NCBI GenBank assembly: GCA_001774105.1
Contig: MEYT01000005.1
Span: 3,826 to 42,592, forward strand
Direction of reading: 5' to 3'
Source of the DNA: Candidatus Azambacteria bacterium RIFCSPLOWO2_01_FULL_46_26
GTDB lineage: Bacteria; Patescibacteriota; Minisyncoccia; UBA9936
Length of the DNA stretch: 38,767 bases
Shown: piece by piece, positions 32,051 to 38,767 of the stretch
Numbering within the stretch: position 1 is the stretch's first letter
Layout of the letters: every line of letters begins with the position of its first letter
The notes under the pieces: generated by a model
Seen by the model: only the letters and a program-made list of their open reading frames with translations
Database searches by the model: none
What the model was told of the DNA's origin: nothing
Position numbers and translations under genes: made by a program

Positions 32051-32674
32051 CTAAATGATTTTTTTTAAAAAAGCAATAATCCGGGTTCGGTAAGTTCGGT
32101 CTTTCAAAATATGAATGACGGTCGGCAAAAAAGAAACAAAAATTATAAAAAGAATAATCGGCGCAAGATAACGGTCAATGCCCGGAACCATCGCGCCGAG
32201 AAAATAACCTAAAAGCGTAATGCCGATTCCCCAAAGCGCGCCACCGATCAGATTATACGCGAAAAAAGTCGCGTAGCGCATTTTGCCGACGCCGGCCAGA
32301 ATCGGCGCGAAAGTCCTGATGATCGGCAAAAATCTCGCCAAAACGATGGTCTTCGCGCCGTAATATTCGTAAAACATTCTTGCCCGCTCCAAATTCTCCT
32401 TGTGAAACAGCAAAGAGTCCTCTCTGGTAAAAATTTTAGGGCCAACGCGCCGGCCGAAGGCGTAGCCGAAATTGTCTCCCAAAACCGCGGCGGGAAACAC
32501 GACCGCGATTAAAATCAGCGGATTGAGAAATCCCTGCGAAGCCAAAAAACCGGCCGTGAAAAGCAAGCTGTCACCCGGCAGGACAAAACCGATAAAAAGG
32601 CCGGACTCGGCGAAAACAATGGCGGCAACGCCGAGATACCCGACTGTTTTAACGAGCGCGATGATGTCAAACAT
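32051..32674 (-). CDS. DedA family (SNARE-associated/VTT domain) membrane protein
   Basis: ESGLFIGFVLPGDSLLFTAGFLA, YYGAKTIVLARFLPIIRTFAPILAG; 207 aa. Confidence 0.9.
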   Translation of the reverse strand: MFDIIALVKTVGYLGVAAIVFAESGLFIGFVLPGDSLLFTAGFLASQGFLNPLILIAVVFPAAVLGDNFGYAFGRRVGPKIFTREDSLLFHKENLERARMFYEYYGAKTIVLARFLPIIRTFAPILAGVGKMRYATFFAYNLIGGALWGIGITLLGYFLGAMVPGIDRYLAPIILFIIFVSFLPTVIHILKDRTYRTRIIAFLKKII

Positions 32675-32683
32675 TAAATAATT

Positions 32684-33394
32684 TTAAACCAGCCACCAAA
32701 GAAAAGAAATAAGGTAAGCGGCGGCAAGCAAAGAGAGCGAGGCAAAAAAAATAACTTTCCCGATTTTTGGGCCGAAAAATTCTCCCAGGCGGACGACAAC
32801 AACAAAAATGGCCGGTAAAAACGAGAACAAACTCAACGGCGGCAAATAGGGTCTTGCCAGGGTCTTGCTTCCGCCGTGAATAAACCAATCTGCCCAGCCG
32901 CCGTATTTCATCAAAAATACATGATATAAAACAAGAATCAAAGCGAGCCGCGCGCCCCATTGCTGAAAAAACCACCATTTTTGCACGCCGAATTTTTGAA
33001 TAGCCCAATTGCCGGAAATTACGGTTAAAAATAAAAGAATCAGCAAAGCCAAACCGCCCAACCATAAATTGACATTCGCAAGCGCGGCCCATGAAAAAAG
33101 ATTAAACTGCGGTATCAGAAATGAAACAACGCCGTGCGCCAGCGCGAAAACAAACGCGACAATGCCAATCTCTTTGCGGTAAATCAGCCAGCCGTCAAAG
33201 CGAACAAAATACCGCGCCAAAAGCCCCACCAATAAAACAAACGCCAACAAAACAAAAGCCGTGCCCGCGAGCGCTTTATTGGCGATGAACAAATCGTAAT
33301 AACCTCTCCGTAAAAATAAATAAAAAGAGAGTATCGCAAAAATCCCAAAACTTGCAATTAAAGATATTCCGTATCTTTTTAACTGTTCTTTCAT
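32684..33394 (-). CDS. Ferric-reductase-like transmembrane (MsrQ/YedZ-type haem b) domain protein
   Basis: A 236-aa protein with 6 TM helices and conserved-position histidines: YRKEIGIVAFVFALAHGVVSF and LILVLYHVFL. Confidence 0.65.
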   Translation of the reverse strand: MKEQLKRYGISLIASFGIFAILSFYLFLRRGYYDLFIANKALAGTAFVLLAFVLLVGLLARYFVRFDGWLIYRKEIGIVAFVFALAHGVVSFLIPQFNLFSWAALANVNLWLGGLALLILLFLTVISGNWAIQKFGVQKWWFFQQWGARLALILVLYHVFLMKYGGWADWFIHGGSKTLARPYLPPLSLFSFLPAIFVVVVRLGEFFGPKIGKVIFFASLSLLAAAYLISFLWWLV

Positions 33395-33409
33395 TTTGAT
33401 TTTTAAATT

Positions 33410-34777
33410 TTAATACAGGTATCCCCAAGTGGTCAGTTTGTCGCTGTCCAAACTCCATTTCGCGCCGATGTCCGTCCGGTAAAACATGTTTTGAACCATA
33501 ATGTTTTCAATGCGCGAGTAAACCTGCTTCCGCGCTTCTTCAACCGTGCTGCCCGAACCGGTGATTACGAGCAGACATCCTGACACGCCGGCTATCCTCC
33601 AGACACCCTCCTCCAATTTAATGTCTTCAATGTGAACGCCTTCCAGATTGTTCGGTTTTTTAAAAAGAATCGGAAGATCCCGGTACATCTCTATCGCCTC
33701 TTTGTCGCGATCTTTGGAAAAATACATCGGAACCATGACTCTCACGCCCACCTGAAAACCCCGCTTTGTTTTTAATTCAAAATTTTCTCCTTGGGCAAGC
33801 TTCAACAGCCATTCGCCCGCCGGCGCCGAGATTCCCTCAAGTTGAATTTGAATCGTGGGATAGCCGAACCTGGCGGTGAATTCCAACGGATAAATTCCCT
33901 TGCCGTTGACTATGCAATTTATGTCAATATAGCCGACATAGCCGGATTCGGCCAATGCCGGCTTCATTTTTTCCAAAGTCATTTTGAACAAATTGTTCGG
34001 CCGGCTCCAAAACATCAAAGTTCCCATCTCGCCGGCAAAAGGCCCGATGTCTCCCGGGAAAACCCGTTTGTGTTCAAAATTGATATTTACCGGATAAATA
34101 AACTCTTTGCCGTTGAAAAACGCGCCCACCGCCACTTCAACACCGGAAATATGTTTTTGTAATTGAAACATCGGCGCTTTTTTCCGCCAAACGTTTTTAT
34201 TCTGCTCAAGCAATTCCAGGAGGTCCTTGCCGTCTTCCTCCTGACCTATAAACAAAAGACCCTTACCGCCGGAAGGAACATTGCCGCTTGGTTTAAAAAC
34301 ATATCTTGAAGGATTGCTTTTGATGAAAGTGATTGCTTCATCATAATCGGAAAACTGCCATTGGGGCAAAATGTTGATGCCGTATTTTTTCATCTCCATC
34401 TGGCCGAATTCCCGATCCATTTCCAATCGGTCCGTGTATTTACTGCCGCCGACGACCGATTTACCTTTTTTCCGCAATTTATCGGCAATGTCGCCGAACT
34501 CAACGTCGTCAAAAACAATAACATCCGCCCAATCCTGATACGGCTCCCATTCGTCCACTTTCTCAATAAAGCCGTTATAAACGTCAATGTCATTCTTTGA
34601 CTTAATATAGGCCTTCACCGAATGACCTTCTTTGGTCAACTGCCATGCCAAATCGCCGCTCAAACTTTCCCACGAGACGAATAAAAATTTTATCGGCGTT
34701 TTCGCCGCGATCAGCGCGACTGAACCGTTTTGAGAACCGTTGATTTTTTCGGAAGGCAAATTGTTTTCCTGCGTCAT
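33410..34777 (-). CDS. ATP-grasp enzyme related to phosphoribosylamine-glycine ligase (PurD-like)
   Basis: FEHKRVFPGDIGPFAGEMGT (compare PurD DHKR..DGD.GPNTGGMG), LEFTARFGYPT (compare LEFN.RFGDPE), and YVFKPSG...GKGL in the ATP-grasp B-domain region; 455 aa. Confidence 0.82.
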   Translation of the reverse strand: MTQENNLPSEKINGSQNGSVALIAAKTPIKFLFVSWESLSGDLAWQLTKEGHSVKAYIKSKNDIDVYNGFIEKVDEWEPYQDWADVIVFDDVEFGDIADKLRKKGKSVVGGSKYTDRLEMDREFGQMEMKKYGINILPQWQFSDYDEAITFIKSNPSRYVFKPSGNVPSGGKGLLFIGQEEDGKDLLELLEQNKNVWRKKAPMFQLQKHISGVEVAVGAFFNGKEFIYPVNINFEHKRVFPGDIGPFAGEMGTLMFWSRPNNLFKMTLEKMKPALAESGYVGYIDINCIVNGKGIYPLEFTARFGYPTIQIQLEGISAPAGEWLLKLAQGENFELKTKRGFQVGVRVMVPMYFSKDRDKEAIEMYRDLPILFKKPNNLEGVHIEDIKLEEGVWRIAGVSGCLLVITGSGSTVEEARKQVYSRIENIMVQNMFYRTDIGAKWSLDSDKLTTWGYLY

Positions 34778-34833
34778 AAAATAAAATGTAACATCAGTAT
34801 ATCATTAATGAAACGAAAAGAAAATATTTACGC

Positions 34834-36606
34834 TTAATTTTGAGATTGCCGTTCCAAAAGCGATTTAATATCGTCCGCGGATGCCTGAAAAAATTGATTA
34901 TTCGGTTCCAGTTCCCGGGCTCTTTCAAGATATTTCAGCGCGGCGGTTAAATTTTTCTCTTCAAGGGCAATCTGGGCAAGCAAAACCAGGGTTTCAACTT
35001 TTGAAGCGTCATATTCAACGTATTTTTCAAGAACTTCGCGCGCCTTTTGATAATCTTTGTCCTTTAAATACGTATCCGCCATGGCTCTGTAAGAAAAGAC
35101 GAATTTTGGGTCAAGTTTTACGGCAATTTGCCAATTTTCCATCGCCGCGTCCTTTTTGCCGGTTTCCCGATAAGTGTTTCCAAGATTGTGATAAGCAACG
35201 GCGTTGGACGGGTCGAGTATAATCGCCTTTTTATAAGTTATCTCCGCATTTTCCCGCTCGCCCTTGTCGGCGTAAGCCATGCCGAGATTATTGATGACGC
35301 GGTAACTGTCCGGCGCGTATTTTAAGGTTTGTTCGTAAAAAGTTATTGGATCTCGCCAATTCCCGTTTCTGTCAACGGTCAAAACCGACAAAAAAACCAG
35401 AAAGACGGTGAAAATTCCGAGCCCCGCCGTTTTGGGCGCGAGTCCGGGATATTTTTCGGCAAACGACGTTCCGAGCCAAACCAGAACCAAAAAAATTCCG
35501 ATAAGCGGAAGATAAAGCCAGTGCTCGTAAAGCAGGCCGTTTATCGGCACAAACACGTTTGAAGTCGGAAAAAGACCGATAAAAAACCAAAAAATTCCGA
35601 AAGATAAAATCGGCGACCGCCGGAATTTCGCGAAAGCCATGGCCAAAAGACCAAAAAAAATAACGGCTCCAAAAATCACCGACGGCGAAAATAAAAAAGT
35701 CGCGACCTCAACGCTCCGCTCCATGTGAAGATTAAGCGGCCAGAAAAGAAGACCGAAGTAAACGGTTAAAATGCGAAAAAAAGTAAAAAGGCGGAAATAA
35801 AAATTTGAAGTGAAAAAATTTTCTTCGTCGTAAAGATTAAAGCTGTTTCTAAAATTCAAAACCGTTGCTCTCAACAGAATGTAAACGCCGGCGATGACGA
35901 TAAACGGCCAGATTGATTTCAGCGCGGACTTGAATTTTTCTTTTAAATCAAGGACAGGATTCAGAAAAAGAAAATCAATCAGGAAAATGAGCGCCGGCAT
36001 TATGACGGCGGTTTCTTTGGACATCAAAGCAAAAACGTACGCGCCCAAAGAAAACCAATAATAGCCGCTTGAAAACTGCGGCCGACCGGAAAATTTGTAT
36101 TTCAGAAAAAAAAGAATCCCTAAAAATATGAAAAAGACGGAAAGAGAATCGCCCAAACTGTTCACGTAAGTCACGGCTTCGGTCTGCAAAGGATGCGCCA
36201 AAAAAATCAAAGCCGCAAAAAGCGGCATCCATCTCTTCTTTAGAATCTTGGAAAGAATAAAAAACAAAAGAATCGCGTCGGCAACGTGAAACGAAGCGTT
36301 GACTAAATGCCAGCCGGGCGCCCAGTCCCCGAAAAGACGCCACTCCAGGGAAAAAACGAAAAGAAGCGCCGGCCGCCAGTAATCGCTCAACAGTCCTGAA
36401 CCGGCGACGATGCTCTCGGAAAAAAATTTCGGAAAAAAACTCCAGTCCTTGATGAAACGATTGTTGAGAATAAAATCATAATCGTCCCAAAACATCCGGT
36501 TGGGAAAAGTGTTGACGTACAAAACAAAACCGAGAAACGCGAACAGTAAAATAACGAACCGATCGTTATAAAAATATTCTTTTAATTTCAACAAGTGTGA
36601 GCGCAT
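34834..36606 (-). CDS. GT-C fold glycosyltransferase (PMT_2/DUF1736, TMTC-like) with C-terminal TPR repeats
   Basis: The N-terminal 400 aa or so contain at least 11 TM helices and the early-loop motif FWDDYDFILNN. The C-terminal 170 aa or so hold 4-5 TPR units (NNLGMAYADKGE..., AYHNLGNTYRETGK..., MADTYLKDKDYQKA...). Confidence 0.85.
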   Translation of the reverse strand: MRSHLLKLKEYFYNDRFVILLFAFLGFVLYVNTFPNRMFWDDYDFILNNRFIKDWSFFPKFFSESIVAGSGLLSDYWRPALLFVFSLEWRLFGDWAPGWHLVNASFHVADAILLFFILSKILKKRWMPLFAALIFLAHPLQTEAVTYVNSLGDSLSVFFIFLGILFFLKYKFSGRPQFSSGYYWFSLGAYVFALMSKETAVIMPALIFLIDFLFLNPVLDLKEKFKSALKSIWPFIVIAGVYILLRATVLNFRNSFNLYDEENFFTSNFYFRLFTFFRILTVYFGLLFWPLNLHMERSVEVATFLFSPSVIFGAVIFFGLLAMAFAKFRRSPILSFGIFWFFIGLFPTSNVFVPINGLLYEHWLYLPLIGIFLVLVWLGTSFAEKYPGLAPKTAGLGIFTVFLVFLSVLTVDRNGNWRDPITFYEQTLKYAPDSYRVINNLGMAYADKGERENAEITYKKAIILDPSNAVAYHNLGNTYRETGKKDAAMENWQIAVKLDPKFVFSYRAMADTYLKDKDYQKAREVLEKYVEYDASKVETLVLLAQIALEEKNLTAALKYLERARELEPNNQFFQASADDIKSLLERQSQN

Positions 36607-37916
36607 ATTGCCGTTTGAACCGTCTTTTCCGCGACTTCGCGAATGTCGCCCGCTCCCATCGTAACAACGACCGCGCGGTCGCTCAAAGATTCAAGGAGAT
36701 ATTCCGGGATTTTCGATTTATCGTTAATCAACACCGCCTGGCTGCCTTTCAAATTGATTTTGGAAGTCATAATCGCCAGATTGATGCCGCCGTTATAATG
36801 TTCGCGCGCCGAAGCGTAAACGTCGGTCAGAATGACCGTGTGGGCTCGCGAAAACGCCGAAGCGAAATCGTCAAACAGCGCTTTGGTGCGGGAATAAGTA
36901 TGCGGCTGAAAAACGGCGATTATTTCCTTGTCCGGATATCGTTCCGAAAGCGCGGAAAGAGTCGCTTTGATTTCAGTCGGATGATGGGCGTAATCGTCAA
37001 ACACGAGCGCTCCTTGCGCCATTCCGACCAACTCAAGCCGCCGGGCCGTTCCTTTAAATGTCTCAAGCGCTTCTTTAATAACGCCGTCACTGATTCCGAG
37101 TTCAAGCGCCGCCAGCCGGGCCAAAGAGGCGTTGAACTGATTATGCTTTCCGATCGTCTGAAGATTGAATTTCAAAATGTCGCTTTTGCCGGCGAACCGG
37201 ATCCGGCATTTTGCTTTTTTAACGGCTTCTTTCAGTATCTTGTCATTTCCTGAAGCAATCAGAAATCCGTCTTTGGAAACCAAGGCGGCGAATCTTCCGA
37301 ACGCGCTTTGATAATCCTTAAGATTTGAAAAATAATCCGGATGGTCGTAGTCAATATTGGTAATTATCGCCCCTTTGGGACGATAATTTAAAAACGCTTC
37401 TTTGTATTCGTCCGCTTCAAGAACGAAAAGCGCGCCGGGCTTTTTCAAATCGCCGCAAAGCGCGCCGCTTTGCCAATTGATAACCTTTGATCCAACGACG
37501 GCGGTTACGTTCTTGCCGGCGGATTTTAAAATATGAGCGAGCATGGCGGTTGTCGTCGTTTTTCCATGGCTTCCGGCGACGGCGATTCCGAAAGAAGCGT
37601 TAAAAAGTTCGGCCGCGGCCTGAGGATAAGAAAAAACCGGAATGCCGGCTTTGTCCGCGGCGGCGATTTCCGGATGATTCGCGTCGTAAGCGTTGGATCT
37701 GATTACCGCGTCGGCGGCGATAACGCCGTCCCGGCTGAACTCGCCGACTTTTACGCCGAGCCGTTCAAGAACCTCGTCGGTCATGAATTTTTCCTTGATG
37801 TCGGAACCGCGCACTTTAAATCCATTGGCCAAAAGCACTTCCGCGAGCGCGGCCATTCCGACTCCTTTGACGCCGGTCATGTGGATTTTTTTGTGTTGCC
37901 AGATGCTTTTCGCCAT
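36588..37916 (-). CDS. murC: UDP-N-acetylmuramate--L-alanine ligase
   Basis: HMTGVKGVGMAALAEVLLANGFKVRGSD (Rossmann N-terminus), GSHGKTTTTAML (P-loop) and DDYAHHPTEI. Start trimmed to ATG 37916 (MAKSIWQHKKIH). Confidence 0.92.
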   Translation of the reverse strand: MAKSIWQHKKIHMTGVKGVGMAALAEVLLANGFKVRGSDIKEKFMTDEVLERLGVKVGEFSRDGVIAADAVIRSNAYDANHPEIAAADKAGIPVFSYPQAAAELFNASFGIAVAGSHGKTTTTAMLAHILKSAGKNVTAVVGSKVINWQSGALCGDLKKPGALFVLEADEYKEAFLNYRPKGAIITNIDYDHPDYFSNLKDYQSAFGRFAALVSKDGFLIASGNDKILKEAVKKAKCRIRFAGKSDILKFNLQTIGKHNQFNASLARLAALELGISDGVIKEALETFKGTARRLELVGMAQGALVFDDYAHHPTEIKATLSALSERYPDKEIIAVFQPHTYSRTKALFDDFASAFSRAHTVILTDVYASAREHYNGGINLAIMTSKINLKGSQAVLINDKSKIPEYLLESLSDRAVVVTMGAGDIREVAEKTVQTAICAHTC

Positions 37917-37976
37917 TATTGTTGAAATTTTCAATCCGCCGGCTGGCGGAGAAGAAAATTTCACTACAATTATGAG

Positions 37977-38021
37977 CACCCAGTTAAATAATTTTGCGAA
38001 GCAAAATTATTTAACTGGGTG
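37977..38021. repeat. Perfect 45-nt palindrome (21-bp stem, GAA loop)
   Basis: CACCCAGTTAAATAATTTTGC (37977..37997), GAA, then GCAAAATTATTTAACTGGGTG (38001..38021). The arms were checked base by base as exact reverse complements. The apex reads GCGAAGC. Confidence 0.9.
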
Positions 38022-38058
38022 AAAGTTTTGTAACCCCGCTAAGCGGGGACAAAGCCCT

Positions 38059-38767
38059 TTAAATCTTTTCAATCCGCTCCCACGGCAGATCGGGCTTTCC
38101 GAAATGGCCGTAAGCCGCGGTTTGAAAATATATCGGCCGGCGCAAATCAAGACGCTCAATGATGGCTTTAGGCCGGAAATCAAATTTTTTACTCACCAAA
38201 CCGGCCAAGTTCTCCCCTTTTTCGTTTATCGCCTCAACCATCAGCGGCTCGGCACGGCCGATTGCGTAAGCAACCGAAACAAGACATTTTTTCGCGAAAC
38301 CGTTCGCCACGATATTTTTCGCGGCGAATCTCGCCATGTACGCGGCCGAACGGTCAACTTTCGTCGGGTCTTTTCCGGAAAAACATCCGCCGCCGTGAGG
38401 AATAAGCCCGCCGTAAGTGTCAACCATTATTTTTCTGCCGGTCAAACCGGCATCAGCCGCGAAGCCGCCTTGCACGAACTTGCCGGTCGGATTGACCAAA
38501 ATCTCTATGTTAAAAACATCGCCGACCGACGGGCCGATAAGCTTTTCAACCATCGCCCGGCTGATTTCCGAGTGAGAAACCTCCTCGTCGTGCTGACAAC
38601 TTACCAGCACGGTTTTGATTTTATCGCCGTCCACGGTCACCTGCGCTTTTCCGTCCGGCTTGAGCCAAAAAATTTCTCCGTTCTTTCGCAAATGCTCCAG
38701 TCCCTTTGTTAAAGCATGAACCAACAAAAGGCCTTTGGGCAGGAATTCAACGGTTTCATCGTCGGCG
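38059..38767 (-). CDS. metK: S-adenosylmethionine synthetase, C-terminal two-thirds (gene runs off the right edge)
   Basis: GDAGLTGRKIMVDTYGG, GGGCFSGKDPTKVDRSAAYMAR and SVAYAIG. The frame stays open upstream of the track start to the window end (…ADDETVEFLPKGLLLVHAL). Confidence 0.95.
   Translation of the reverse strand, partial: ADDETVEFLPKGLLLVHALTKGLEHLRKNGEIFWLKPDGKAQVTVDGDKIKTVLVSCQHDEEVSHSEISRAMVEKLIGPSVGDVFNIEILVNPTGKFVQGGFAADAGLTGRKIMVDTYGGLIPHGGGCFSGKDPTKVDRSAAYMARFAAKNIVANGFAKKCLVSVAYAIGRAEPLMVEAINEKGENLAGLVSKKFDFRPKAIIERLDLRRPIYFQTAAYGHFGKPDLPWERIEKI

Noticed and set aside
1-38767. Checked for CRISPR arrays, tRNA/rRNA/tmRNA/SRP RNA genes, transposases, integrases, phage genes, toxin-antitoxin pairs, reverse transcriptases/DGRs and restriction-modification genes.
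   Set aside because: I saw no regularly spaced direct repeats, no tRNA-like T-arm/acceptor patterns in the few intergenic regions, and no ORF with the corresponding motifs. This was done by eye only; tRNAscan, Infernal or CRISPR-finder runs would be needed to be definitive.
1-38767. Alternative genetic code (UGA recoding, as in some candidate phyla).
   Set aside because: Genes with well-known lengths (rpmA, rplI, def, fmt, murC, GH1, transketolase halves) are full-length and uninterrupted under the standard bacterial code. Several terminate at TGA where expected, for example rpmA.

Overview
The window is densely packed with about 42 protein-coding genes, mostly on the minus strand, with very short or overlapping gene junctions. 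I found no rRNA, tRNA, CRISPR array, transposase, integrase or phage gene by eye. ORFs stay long and intact under the standard bacterial code.

Gene content, in order:
- A UvrD-type helicase fused to a Cas4/AddB-like PD-(D/E)XK nuclease.
- rpmA and rplI, convergent on one shared terminator.
- Acylphosphatase and an S41 C-terminal protease.
- A cell-envelope glycopolymer cluster of about 7.5 kb: three GT2, one GT4, a TagA/WecB-like GT26, an O-antigen-ligase-like Wzy_C protein and an LCP ligase.
- A 2H phosphoesterase, then def-fmt.
- A 10-TM transporter-like domain fused to a clan GH-A glycosidase, next to a GH1 beta-glucosidase.
- An RRM RNA-binding protein.
- An eight-gene, tightly packed run: split transketolase, PfkB kinase, an unknown 418-aa protein, archaeal-type class I aldolase, an RmlA-like nucleotidyltransferase, a histidine-decarboxylase-like PLP enzyme and a tandem-ACT protein.
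- Directly upstream of that run, a flavodiiron-like MBL protein, a dCache histidine kinase and a stand-alone receiver.
- DedA, a ferric-reductase-like haem membrane protein and a PurD-like ATP-grasp.
- A TMTC-like GT-C/TPR glycosyltransferase, murC and a partial metK.

The split transketolase, archaeal-type aldolase, small genes, many glycosyltransferases and absence of biosynthetic operons suggest a reduced-genome bacterium of the Patescibacteria/CPR type. That is inference only; no search was run.

The leads I rate highest:
- The di-iron MBL, kinase and receiver trio.
- The unknown 418-aa gene wedged 1 nt after the sugar kinase.
- The transporter-glycosidase fusion.
- The decarboxylase plus ACT pair.

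Several non-coding elements also stand out:
- A perfect 45-nt palindrome.
- A nested-hairpin intergenic element.
- Repeated boxes in two leaders.
- Two probable leaderless promoters.

All functional calls come from reading motifs in the supplied translations, not from database hits.
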